From contig OZ252243.1 of NCBI GenBank assembly GCA_965249555.1, positions 1,216,001-1,280,000 on the forward strand: DNA of 64,000 nucleotides. The letters are read 5' to 3'. The notes under the pieces were generated by a model. That model saw nothing but the letters and a program-made list of their open reading frames with translations, was not told where the DNA came from and did not search any database. Numbering within the stretch: the first letter of the stretch is position 1; every line of letters starts with the position of its first letter. Positions 29,285-39,306 of this stretch are shown piece by piece. Position numbers and translations under genes: made by a program. The DNA is from Nitrosopumilus sp. GTDB taxonomy: Archaea; Thermoproteota; Nitrososphaeria; Nitrososphaerales; Nitrosopumilaceae.

Positions 29285-30726
29285 GTATGAATCAAGCACT
29301 TAGATGTATTTTGCCATCTCAGAAAACATGTTCAATTCCCTTATTCTCCATGTCTCAAAGCATGTGAGAAAGACTGAGATCATCCTCATGCCCTGATCAC
29401 TCTTCATCTGCCCGCGAACATTCCTCTGCATCACGCACTTTCGAATGGAATTCTCTGCATCATTGTTAGTTGACGGGACATCGCCATCCATGACAAACGT
29501 AAACATGCTGTTCCTTGCAGTCTTTAGCTTCTTGCCAAACTGAACCATCTCCATATCACCTTTCAAATATCGTGCAATGATACGGTCTAGCTGTTTTAGT
29601 AAATCATCCCTGTACGTTTCCCGCCGTTTTGTATGACGATTACCTACACTCCAAACCCTGGCATGACCTAGCATATCTGAGAGTTTCTCGTATAGAATCC
29701 TTGCCTTTTTGTCCTGTGATTTTATTGCCAGATATTTGGCATCGCGCTGCAGGTGTGCAGTGCATCTCTGCTTTGTGTTATCACAAAATACTGTCCTGTA
29801 CGGAGCATATCCGTCAGACACTAGGGTTCCTTTGAATTTCTTCCAGTACTTTTTTAGAACATTGGCACCTCTGCTGTACTCCAAGGCATACTGTGCACTA
29901 GTCTTGCTTCTTGCAACCCACATCCATCCAGTATTTCCATCAATTGAAAATCCTGTCTCATCGATTCCGAGAATATTTTCAGTCACGATTTCGCTGTGGA
30001 TTGTATTGTAAAATGACTCTAACATCACACTACCGTTGCGAAGAATGGATTGTACGGTTGTATTGCTGATTTCTAATCCATATCTTTCATAGAGTGTGGT
30101 TCTGATAGCATCGTATGTCAATCTCTTTGAGAACAGTGAGACGACCTCACGTATCACTGAACCATCAAAACATCCATGTAGTGGAAGGTTTCCCGTGGTT
30201 TGAAAATTATCAGAACAGTCCATGCAGATGTATTGATTCAAAACATGCTCAGTTATACCGTAGGGTGTTGGTGGAGGAATCTCAACCATTATCCTTTTGC
30301 AGGTTTTGGTTTGATGAATATTTTCACTACCGCATTTGGGACATGCATCTGATCTGTGGTGTTTGGTGCTAGTTGGTCTGAATTTCTGTGTCTTGCCAAC
30401 GTGTCCTGCTATTCCACCACGTCTTGATTTGCCTGGCTGTCTGTGTTGTCTTTTTTGCTTTCTCCATTCAAGGGAATTCTTTGATGGCGGAGAGTGTGCA
30501 TTCTCATAATATGACAGCTTTTTTTGCAGTTCCTTGTTTGATTCTATGAGATTTTCTATGATTAGCGGTAGTTGTTTTAACTTTTCTTGCAGTTGTTTTA
30601 TCTCTGCTTGTAGCTGTATGATGATTTTCTCATGACCACAACCTGACATGTTTTGTATGATGATTTAGTTGATCTTAGATCTTTTTGTGTAATGATATTG
30701 ATTTGTGCGTGAAGGTTGATACATAC
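29285..30726 (-). mobile_element. IS66-family element (1442 bp), apparently intact, 8-bp TSD
   Basis: TIRs GTATGAATCAA / TTGATACATAC; TSD AAATTTAT at 29277-29284 and 30727-30734. Confidence 0.95.
29300..30649 (-). CDS. IS66 transposase (449 aa)
   Basis: Leucine zipper, SPPS, CPKCG Zn finger, DETG/SDGY/STNNDAE. Confidence 0.93.
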   Translation of the reverse strand: MSGCGHEKIIIQLQAEIKQLQEKLKQLPLIIENLIESNKELQKKLSYYENAHSPPSKNSLEWRKQKRQHRQPGKSRRGGIAGHVGKTQKFRPTSTKHHRSDACPKCGSENIHQTKTCKRIMVEIPPPTPYGITEHVLNQYICMDCSDNFQTTGNLPLHGCFDGSVIREVVSLFSKRLTYDAIRTTLYERYGLEISNTTVQSILRNGSVMLESFYNTIHSEIVTENILGIDETGFSIDGNTGWMWVARSKTSAQYALEYSRGANVLKKYWKKFKGTLVSDGYAPYRTVFCDNTKQRCTAHLQRDAKYLAIKSQDKKARILYEKLSDMLGHARVWSVGNRHTKRRETYRDDLLKQLDRIIARYLKGDMEMVQFGKKLKTARNSMFTFVMDGDVPSTNNDAENSIRKCVMQRNVRGQMKSDQGMRMISVFLTCFETWRIRELNMFSEMAKYI

Positions 30727-31645
30727 AAATTTATCTGAGTTTGTGAAATATTGTTGTGGAATACCTACTACATTACACCAAATATCTTTACCATAGATCT
30801 TTTTTGAAAGAGCAATCCAGTTATCTTGTTCATTAATAATATGTCTATAGATGACATTAAATTTTTTAATTCCATGATCAGGTAATATTTGAATTTTTTC
30901 CTCAAATAATTCAACAGGTTTCATGCCCATATCTAGCGTAGGACAAATAATGTTTTTGGGGTATTTTTTTAATACTTCTTTTAGTTGTTTTTCAAATTTT
31001 TCTATTGATTGATTTGGATTTGATTCATAATCTGCAATCATAAGTAAACCTGCTTCAAATTGTATTTCTAGAATATTTTTACGCTCAGTTTCTGTAGGTG
31101 CAATATCTTTCCAGAATTGGAAAAATACATCTACTGTCAAATCAGGATTGTCTTCAAGTATAATTTTGATCTTCTCAATAATCTTATCTTTTGTGGCTTT
31201 AGTGTTAATTCGTTCATCTGTTTCAACTCTGTGAATGAACTGGAGCATTGAAGATTTTAATTTAATTTTTGCATCGTTTGCTTTTTTTAACTCGCTTTGA
31301 TGTGGTACAGGCATCGGAAATGTTAATTGTTCTTCTGCAAGTTCCACACTAATTACATTGGATCCAATTTCGTCATCATCGTTATTGAAACGATCTGCTG
31401 CAACATTTTCAATGTTGAATTCTTCCATTAAAAATTTGACGGTGTTCTATGTAATAACATGTTCGAATGAATTATTACATCAATCTAATTAAAATTCATT
31501 TCATTTTTTTAACTAGAAATTGATCTTCATCCTTCTTGAAAATTATTTTGTAAACCTATGTTATTGATCGGTTAGATTTTGCGATCAGTAATTTAATTAG
31601 AATTTTTTTAACTATTGAGATTTCTGTATCTAAATAGGTTCAAAA

Positions 31646-31676
31646 GTATGTATCAACCTTCACGCACAAATCAATA
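31646..31676 (+). repeat. Second isolated 31-bp IS66 left end abutting an IS1111-type element
   Basis: GTATGTATCAACCTTCACGCACAAATCAATA. Confidence 0.9.
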
Positions 31677-31805
31677 GCTATATGTGAATACAAAAAGAAG
31701 GAAATCAGATAGCATAGGGAATGAACTCAGGTCCAGGAGTCGTAATCCATCGTATTCCAAGAAAAGTCCAAAGAAACAGATTAGGGGGAAAGACAAGAGC
31801 ATGTA

Positions 31806-32898
31806 TAGCGACGATCAAAAGTTCGTGAACATCCTTGCAGGATTTCTAAAAATATAATTAACAACATCAAGTTTGAATTTTTTTGTTCCAAAGTATTGTG
31901 ACACTGCATTATTCATTATTGTAAACATTGCATAATATTCTGATACCAACAACACATGCTTGCTTATTTTCCAACACTGCTCTATCATGTTTAGATATGG
32001 TGGGTTCCTTTTGGTAGCCAAATCAGTCTAACATCTGGATTATCTGTCAAAAAGTCCTTGACCTTCTTTGATTTGTGCACTGATGCCCTGTCAAGTATCA
32101 ACGCAGTTTTACCATATTTGTAGTGCAACTCTTTTAGATATTCTACAAATGTTATGCCGTTGAATTTTTTATAAATTCTAAACAGTTGGTCTCCATTGAT
32201 TGTAATTGTTCCATATACTGCCAAACTTTCATGGTCTCCCACATATGGGAGAAATATTCTTTTGGCAACTGGTGACCAATATTTTCGTCCTGCTTTTACA
32301 TCCCTAACAAAGAATGCCTCATCAAGCATTGCAATGGTGAATCCACTCTTTTTTAGGTGTGGAATTCTCTTTTTCATGCGTTGCTGCCCAGCTGCGCACA
32401 TCTGTTACACTTGCATGATTGATGTGATATTTTTGTGCAGTTTTAGCAGACATTCCATACATTCCATACTGGCGCATTATTTTTCTGACATGTGTTGTGT
32501 GAAATTTTATTCCAGTAGAATCAAATATTGTCTGCTACAGCATTACAGGTGTAAATAGTGTCAACATAATTTTGAACATAATACAATTCATTTGCTTCTT
32601 TGGGATTACACATGGTCTTTCACTCCTTGGGTGATCGTATAGGCCATCTACGTTAAAACGATCAACCCATTTGCGTACCCAGTTTGTACAGCGGTATAGT
32701 GTTTGTGCGGTGTGCTCTAATTCCTTGCCATCTTTGAGAACCATTAGTACTGCAAGCATCCTGACTATATCTTTGGAGTTTTCCTTTTTGTATGCTGCTT
32801 CAAGCTGTTCTAACTTGTTCATGTGTTTCATTGTGTGTGGTGATCAAAAAGTCTTTTGTTTTGATGATTTTTAGTTCACGAACTTTGACTCTTCGCTA
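31806..32898 (-). mobile_element. IS630-family element with TA duplication; transposase fragmented
   Basis: ~25-bp TIRs TAGCGA..AAAGTTCGTGAAC; TA at 31804-05 and 32899-900; LDEA, LILDRASVH and LNMIEQCW in three frames. Confidence 0.9.
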
Positions 32899-33876
32899 TA
32901 TGTTGGCATTGACTTGCACAAGAAATTTCTTCAAGTAGCAACAATGGATAATGACGGAAAAATATTACAAAACATAAAAGTTGAGAACACTCATGAATCA
33001 ATCAGGAAACATTTTACAGACATACCAATTCATGCCAATATTGTCATGGAATCATCATCAGTCTGGTATGGCACGTATAGGTTTCTTACAGATGAATTAG
33101 GATACAAAAACGTAACACTCTCAAACCCGTATCTTACAAAGGCAATAGCTGCATCAAAAAAAACAGACAAGATTGATGCCAGGATACTGGCAGATCTTTT
33201 GCGCGGGGGATACATTGCAACATGCCATATTCCAAACAAAAAGATAGTAAAACATCGCCAGCTGGTAAGATACAGAAAAAAACTCGTTCAGTGGAGAACA
33301 TCTCTCAAAAATTCTGTTCATGGAATTTTGTTACAGGAGGGAATCAAGATACCAGGAGTCACGTTCACTGTAACATACAACAAAAGACTTACCTCCCTGG
33401 GTGACTATCGCATAGATGGATTTGTACGACAGATAAGCCATCTTAATCTGCAAATTGAAGATATTAATTCAAGAGTGTATGCTGCCGTAAAGACCAGTCC
33501 TGATGCCATGATAATAAAATCAATACCAGGAATTGGTGACTAATCACTAGTTATTGCAGCAGAAATTGCAAATATTAGCAGATTCAACAACTCTCACAAG
33601 TTATGCGCATATGCAGGAGTCGTGCCATCAGTCAGAAATTCTGTAGATTACATCATGGCCGTATAACCAAAAGAGGAAGCATGACACTACGATGGGTTCT
33701 TGTCCAATGTGTCTATGTCCATACACTACATGCCAAGAACAGTGACATTACAAAATTTTACAATCGCATTAAGAAAAAGAGAGGCTCATCAAAAGATGTA
33801 GTTGCTGCATCATCCCAGATTCTGCGAGTGATTTACTGGATGCTAAAAGAGAGGAGAGAATTTGTACAGAATTACA

Positions 33877-34070
33877 GTTAGGACTTCAAGTCGCGTTAAG
33901 CATGTTGAGGGACAAGCCTCGTCTGTTTAACTGCGAATAGTCCTAACGAAGGGATGAAGATAGCATTGAGGTTAAAGCCTCGTATGGATACATGTCCGTC
34001 ATCTTTTGATTGAAAGCATTCCCTAGCGAAGGCTATGCCTTGGGATGCAAAAAAGTGGGAAATGTATAAA
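33877..34070 (+). ncRNA. Putative bridge/seek RNA in the IS1111-type 3' non-coding end
   Basis: Two similar stem-loops capped by GAGG-n6-CCTC; outer stem GTTAGGACT/AGTCCTAAC; the second internal loop matches the element's own ends. Confidence 0.65.
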
Positions 34071-34210
34071 AACAATTCACATGGATAATCATATTAGATC
34101 TGTTTCAGCACCCGAAAGTAAACACGAAGAATTTTGTGATCTAACCCACGCAGATTACTCAGAACTAACATGGTTCATATTTATTAACCTTGTATAGGTC
34201 AATGTATGAT

Positions 34211-34351
34211 ATGAATCAAGATAGAATTAATTGGGATGAAAAGGCAGCTAAGGCTTTTGCCCGTCATGAATTGGATTTGGAACGAAAGTTTGAGAAAGAA
34301 GACACAAATGTAAATATATCCTCAATAGATGAGTTATTGAGTGACAATTGA
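34211..34351 (+). CDS. Small acidic protein (46 aa), antitoxin-like position
   Basis: MNQDRINWDEKAAKAFARHELDLERKFEKEDTNVNISSIDELLSDN*; overlaps the downstream GTG. Confidence 0.4.
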   Translation: MNQDRINWDEKAAKAFARHELDLERKFEKEDTNVNISSIDELLSDN

Positions 34352-34620
34352 AACTATTTGGAAAAGGAACTTTGATAGAGAGTTCAAAGTAACATTTCAG
34401 TTTCTATTACGTACAGATCAAGAATTAATCTGGGATGCAACTACAAAAATTTCTAATGCTAAAAATCCAAGAACAGTTTATCCACATGCATAATGTACTG
34501 CAGTTAGAAATCATATAATATGCAAGATTGAAGAAGAATACATCCTAGCTTTTAAAATAAAATAACAAGACAAACAAATTCACTTTATAGAATTTTACAG
34601 TTCACTACCAAGTAACAAAA
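34341..34620 (+). pseudogene. Possible RelE/ParE-like toxin remnant with two in-frame stops
   Basis: MTIETIWKRNFDREFK..DQELIWDATTKISNAKNP..; size and pattern only. Confidence 0.3.
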
Positions 34621-34739
34621 TGAATGTTACAAAACTACATTCAACTTACCAACTTTAGGAGGCTTCTTCTTCGGGAGTTATGTTTAGTTACACACTTTAT
34701 GTTTGCATCTTGGGACTCGATAAGTGTAGTAATACATAA

Positions 34740-34814
34740 CGGGCCCAAAGGGCTTCGATCCCTTGACTTTTGGATTAGAAGTCCAACACGCTATCCATGC
34801 TGCGTCATAGGCCC
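34740..34814 (-). tRNA. tRNA-Arg(TCT)
   Basis: Reverse complement GGGCCTATGACGCAGCATGGATAGCGTGTTGGACTTCTAATCCAAAAGTCAAGGGATCGAAGCCCTTTGGGCCCG folds as a cloverleaf with anticodon TCT. Confidence 0.93.
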
Positions 34815-34847
34815 AAAAACCTAGCAATTAATTACCATTTTAAGGGT

Positions 34848-35690
34848 TTACAGCCACTTTTTTTGGTAATTTTCTCTTTCCATTTTGAAGAGAAATTGTT
34901 GTGCATATCCTGCATATGGACCAAAATGATTTACAATTTTTTCATGAAGAATATCATATTGTTTTTTTGTAATTGTCTTTGTCTCAAGTTGAAATTCATT
35001 AAAAAAATATTTTTCTAAAATTCTAATCATCCATCTATCTAATGGAAATGCCTCCAATTTGTTTAACGAAAATAACATTACGCAATCTGCAACTTTATTC
35101 CCAACCCCTGGAATAGAACAAATACTCTCCCTAGTCTCAAAATAATCCGATTTTTTTAAACTCTCAAAATCTATTTTTTTTAAAAAAATTATATTTGCAG
35201 CTTCTTTGATAAATTTAGCTCTGTATCCTACACCGCAATCTTTAATTTCATTAATTGATGCTTTGGCAAGTTTCTTTGGTGTAGGAAATAAAAAAAATTC
35301 TTGATTTTCAAACTCGACCTCTGTCCCAAACTTTCTTGATATCTTTTCAAGACTAGTTTTTATTTTTTGAATATTAGAATTCGAAGATACAATAAATGAA
35401 ATCAAACATTGAAAAGGATCTTGTTTGAGAATTCTTAAACCAAGATATTTTTTTACAGCCTTTCTAGTTGTACTGTCTTTTGAAATTGACTTTATTATTT
35501 GCTCCATATTGTCTTTTTTTCTAAAAAAATCTGTTTTTGTATTCTGATATGATTTGATGCTTCCAGAACTGGCAACCCTTAGAATATCTTGGCCATTTAC
35601 CCCATACCAATAATCTCCATTTTTTCTCCAAAGAAATACCTGACCACTGTTTATTGAAATTTCTACATTTATTGCATTGTTGTTTTGCAT
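34848..35690 (-). CDS. 8-oxoguanine DNA glycosylase (OGG1-like HhH-GPD)
   Basis: SGQVFLW, GLRILKQDPF, GVGYRAK, IPGVGNKVADC, PLD. Confidence 0.9.
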   Translation of the reverse strand: MQNNNAINVEISINSGQVFLWRKNGDYWYGVNGQDILRVASSGSIKSYQNTKTDFFRKKDNMEQIIKSISKDSTTRKAVKKYLGLRILKQDPFQCLISFIVSSNSNIQKIKTSLEKISRKFGTEVEFENQEFFLFPTPKKLAKASINEIKDCGVGYRAKFIKEAANIIFLKKIDFESLKKSDYFETRESICSIPGVGNKVADCVMLFSLNKLEAFPLDRWMIRILEKYFFNEFQLETKTITKKQYDILHEKIVNHFGPYAGYAQQFLFKMERENYQKKWL

Positions 35691-35691
35691 T

Positions 35692-36957
35692 TTAGACAGT
35701 AATTGTATCATTTACTGCAGGGGCATATGTTTCTAAACCAAATTTTTCATGAATTTCTTTAGCAAACATTTCACATGATTCAGAATCTCCATGAACTGTC
35801 CATACCTTTGGATTTCCTTTGATTTTTTTAATCATGCCAAACAATTCATTTCTATCTGCATGACCTGAAAACTCAAACTGTTTTACCTCTGCTGAAACAT
35901 TGACGTCTTTACCTCTTGTTGATACCTTTCCTGTTTCAAGTAATTTTTTACCTGGTGTGCCTTCACCTTGATACGATACTAGGGCAATTCCATTTTTATC
36001 ATTAAATGCCAAGTGCTGTAAATAAAATACAGCATTTCCTCCAACTAACATTCCCGCAGGTGAGATTACTACACAAGGCTCCCCCATTGCACGTTTTCTT
36101 TCAGCATGTTCCCTTATTGCAGTTGCACTGTTTATTGCCTCTGAAAAAATTTTAGGATCTCTTAGATAATCTGGATGTCTAAACATTATTTCATTTACTT
36201 TTAGTGCCATTCCATCCATGATAATTCTATGTTTGAAATTTACACTCTTTAAAATACATGCAATCTCTTGAGAGCGTTCAACTGAAAATGATGGAATAAA
36301 CAATATTCCTTTCCTATCCATCACTTCGTTTGCAAATTCAATTAACTCCTTTTCTGATTCTCTCCTAGGTTTTTGTTCTGTTTTGGCATATGTGCTTTCA
36401 GTAATCAGTAAATCAATTTCCCCAATGTCCAAATCCATCTCTCGAAGCATTCTTGAACCATTTGTTTTGATATCTCCTGTATAGAAGAGTCGTTTTTTCT
36501 CTGACTCTACCAAAACAGTACTACCTCCAATTACATGTCCTGATTCTCTTAATTCAAAAGTTGCATTTCCCTTGGTAACTTTTTGTTTAAATCCAGTTTC
36601 CTTAGCATTTTTCATCATATTGTTTAGTTCAGGCAGATCAAATGGATGTGAGTTCTTTTCGATTTTTAGCATATCTTCAATCAATAACTTTGACAGATCA
36701 AAAGTTGGAGGTGTGGCATAGACGTCAGTATTTCCACTTACAAAAAGGGATGGAACATTTCCTGAATGATCTAAATGAGCATGAGTAATTATGATTGCAT
36801 CAAGATCTTTTGGTTTTACATGAAGTGGATATCCTGGAGGTGTTCCCCTTCTACCAAATAATACCCCATAATCCAGCAAGAGATTTGTTCCATTACAATT
36901 AACTAAAAAACCCGATCTGCCAACTTCGTTTGCAGCTCCTAAAACTTTAACATCCAA
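35692..36957 (-). CDS. Beta-CASP metallo-beta-lactamase ribonuclease
   Basis: EVGRS, THAHLDH, GHVIG, TGD, ESTY, SGHAD. Confidence 0.92.
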   Translation of the reverse strand: MDVKVLGAANEVGRSGFLVNCNGTNLLLDYGVLFGRRGTPPGYPLHVKPKDLDAIIITHAHLDHSGNVPSLFVSGNTDVYATPPTFDLSKLLIEDMLKIEKNSHPFDLPELNNMMKNAKETGFKQKVTKGNATFELRESGHVIGGSTVLVESEKKRLFYTGDIKTNGSRMLREMDLDIGEIDLLITESTYAKTEQKPRRESEKELIEFANEVMDRKGILFIPSFSVERSQEIACILKSVNFKHRIIMDGMALKVNEIMFRHPDYLRDPKIFSEAINSATAIREHAERKRAMGEPCVVISPAGMLVGGNAVFYLQHLAFNDKNGIALVSYQGEGTPGKKLLETGKVSTRGKDVNVSAEVKQFEFSGHADRNELFGMIKKIKGNPKVWTVHGDSESCEMFAKEIHEKFGLETYAPAVNDTITV

Positions 36958-37069
36958 GAATTAAGATAAATTTTAATCAACGTTAAAACCTTGTTAGAGC
37001 AATCCGATCATTATACTTATTATAGAATCTACAAAAGCTTTAATTAGTGTAAGCTAAGATCCGATCCTC

Positions 37070-37282
37070 ATGGGAAGAAGTTATACAGAATGGTTAGCCT
37101 TGCAAGATCAAGCACTCGTTTCTAAGACACGTGCTGGTGACGAAGCAAACAAACCCCTCTTAAACCAACTCAATTGGATCTGGGTTAACAATCTTATGAA
37201 TAAGAAAGCAGACCTTAATCCATCTTCTGCAGAATTACTTGACTGGGTTACTTCTGGTCAAATAGACGCAATGAGAAAATAA
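37070..37282 (+). CDS. Small hypothetical protein
   Basis: 70-aa ORF with a TATA-like element upstream and a T-rich terminator. Confidence 0.7.
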   Translation: MGRSYTEWLALQDQALVSKTRAGDEANKPLLNQLNWIWVNNLMNKKADLNPSSAELLDWVTSGQIDAMRK

Positions 37283-37422
37283 ACGTGCAAATCACGTTAT
37301 CTTTTTGTTTTTTAAATTTTCAAATCTGATTTTTGCGCATATTTTTTACTCGATCAATTTCATAACAGGGTTATGAATTTCAATCATGGTTTAAATAGTC
37401 ATCAAGCAATCTTAATTTTGTT

Positions 37423-37725
37423 ATGCCAATAGCAATACTTCCAGACATTGATGAACAAAGATGTATCGGATGTGCACTATGTGTAGAAATCTGTACAACT
37501 CTTGGTCCAGATGTCCTTAGAGTAAAACCAGTTGAAGGCTGGAAGAGAGGTAAAGCATTTGTATTTTATCCAGAAAGATGTATTTCTGATGGTGCATGCA
37601 TCGGTGTATGCCCAACAAAATCAATCTTTTGGATGAGACCAATGAATTATACTGCTGGACAACCAGTTCCTCTTCACAAAAACGGTGTCTTCATCAAAGG
37701 TTGGGCAGAAGACGCAGCACTATAA
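37423..37725 (+). CDS. 4Fe-4S ferredoxin
   Basis: CIGCALCVEIC and CISDGACIGVCP. Confidence 0.92.
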   Translation: MPIAILPDIDEQRCIGCALCVEICTTLGPDVLRVKPVEGWKRGKAFVFYPERCISDGACIGVCPTKSIFWMRPMNYTAGQPVPLHKNGVFIKGWAEDAAL

Positions 37726-37763
37726 GCTGAATCTTTTAGCACATTCTTTTTTCTTATTTTTAA

Positions 37764-39287
37764 TTAAACAAAAGATTTCTTCTTGATTTTTTTTGGTAGT
37801 GTTTTTACAAAATGTTTCAAGAATTTGTCATTTTTATCATAATGAATTTCTGAAAACTTGTTGTTACCAAAGAAATCTTTCCATGTCTTTTCAAATGTAG
37901 GGAATTCTTTTGGATCAAAATCTATCCTAGAAGTTTCATGGTGTGCTGCTGGAAAAATATCTGAAATCTCAATTGGAATTAATCCTAACTGTGGGTTATA
38001 TTGGCATACCTGTATTGAATCAAAATCCTTGAGTTTTCTTTCTAGTTCGATATATTGATGAGACAAATATCCTGGTTTTGAATTTGACTCTCTGGTGATG
38101 ACTAGTTTCTTTTTCTTTGATTTGAATTTTCTAACCATATTGTGATATGCTTGAACCTCTGGACGAAATTGATCTTCTTTATCGTATAGAAAAACAGCTT
38201 TTTCTTTGAACTTTGGTGTAGTCACACTAAAAAATTCATAATTATTTGTCATGACTTCAATCATTTCAAATAACTTGGGATGTGCCCTTGCCTTTTTCAT
38301 TACATATTCCCATAATCTTCCTTCATGGATTGCCTGCTTTACCTTGTCGACTTCAAGTTTTATTGCATGGAGATTATGAATTGCTAACTGATTGATTTTT
38401 TCAGTTACTTCAAGCTGGCGTAATTCATCAGGAGTATATTTTGAACATACTTCACAATTACATGGAAATACAACAATATCAGACAAATATCGTGTACCAT
38501 CATCTGTGATGTATCTCTGATGTTTGGCATAAAGCATGTAGGATGCTGAATCAAATGTATCGCATCCCAAAGCTACTGCAAATGGTATTGTTAGCGGGTG
38601 TCCTGCTCCAAAAAGATGTAAAGGAATAGAATGTGGCATTTGTTTTTTTGCAGCTACAATCATCTGTGCTAGTAATCTATACTCATATGACTCCATAAAT
38701 TCAACTGGACTTCCTAAAGCCAACATCTGAAAACCAATATCTACCAACTTTTTTGTTGACTTTGCAACAAGTTCAAAATGTTCCCCTCCTTGAATCGGAC
38801 CAATCCAAATTTGACCATTATCTTCACTGTCATCAAGTGTCTGCTTTGATACTTTGAGAGTATGCTTAACATATGCTTCTGCTTTTTTTAATGGTAGTCC
38901 AAATCCTGTTGGTTTATCAAGTGGAATCGCAAAATCAGTCAAGATTCCTTTTTCAAAATTTGCCATCTCTGGTGGTGAAACTTTTACATCGCCATATTCT
39001 AAAACTTGGTACCCACCAGAATCCGTCATGATTGCACCATCAAAATCTATAATTTTATGAATTCCTTTTTTTACAGCTTCATCACCATAATTATTTCTGG
39101 TAATGTATGCATTTGTAATTACTAAGTCAAAACCAATTGCTTGAATTTTTTTTGATGGTATTGTTTGCTTTACTGGATGAATAACGGGAATGTATGCTGG
39201 TGTCTCAATCTTTCCATGATTAGTATGTAGAGTACCTATTCTTCCTGCTAAATCAGTTTTAGAAATTTCAAACAAGTAATTACACAA
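37764..39287 (-). CDS. tgtA: Archaeosine tRNA-guanine(15) transglycosylase
   Basis: MTDSGGYQ, PIQGG, HLFGAGHP, DTFDSA, CNCEVC..HNL. Confidence 0.93.
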   Translation of the reverse strand: MCNYLFEISKTDLAGRIGTLHTNHGKIETPAYIPVIHPVKQTIPSKKIQAIGFDLVITNAYITRNNYGDEAVKKGIHKIIDFDGAIMTDSGGYQVLEYGDVKVSPPEMANFEKGILTDFAIPLDKPTGFGLPLKKAEAYVKHTLKVSKQTLDDSEDNGQIWIGPIQGGEHFELVAKSTKKLVDIGFQMLALGSPVEFMESYEYRLLAQMIVAAKKQMPHSIPLHLFGAGHPLTIPFAVALGCDTFDSASYMLYAKHQRYITDDGTRYLSDIVVFPCNCEVCSKYTPDELRQLEVTEKINQLAIHNLHAIKLEVDKVKQAIHEGRLWEYVMKKARAHPKLFEMIEVMTNNYEFFSVTTPKFKEKAVFLYDKEDQFRPEVQAYHNMVRKFKSKKKKLVITRESNSKPGYLSHQYIELERKLKDFDSIQVCQYNPQLGLIPIEISDIFPAAHHETSRIDFDPKEFPTFEKTWKDFFGNNKFSEIHYDKNDKFLKHFVKTLPKKIKKKSFV

Positions 39288-39306
39288 ACTTAAAGGCGTT
39301 ATTTAA

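Larger units (their letters stand above)
28968..31428 (-). pseudogene. ~335-aa hypothetical protein split by IS66
   Basis: Removing the IS and one TSD rejoins ...YFTNSDKF to SLISSVFFYGVHTASLQYPR...LNSRI* in frame. Confidence 0.85.
31677..34087 (+). mobile_element. IS110/IS1111-type element, full length, inactivated by IS630 and internal stops
   Basis: Subterminal IRs ATGTGAAT (31682-31689) / ATTCACAT (34075-34082); transposase remnants 31801-33881; ~200-bp structured 3' non-coding end. Confidence 0.85.
20019..34755. mobile_element. Genomic island integrated at the tRNA-Arg(TCT) 3' end
   Basis: CGAGCCCGAAGGGCTT (20019-20034) matches the tRNA 3' end CGGGCCCAAAGGGCTT (34740-34755) at 14/16 in direct orientation. 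Core genes lie outside; accessory genes and IS lie inside. No integrase seen. Confidence 0.7.

Noticed and set aside
30598-30726. C-terminus of ORF 30598..31428
   Set aside because: Read-through into IS66; the true tail is at 28968-29276.
24013-31645. IS66 composite transposon carrying the ubiquitination locus
   Set aside because: Only two left ends facing the wrong way, with no outer ends or shared TSD.
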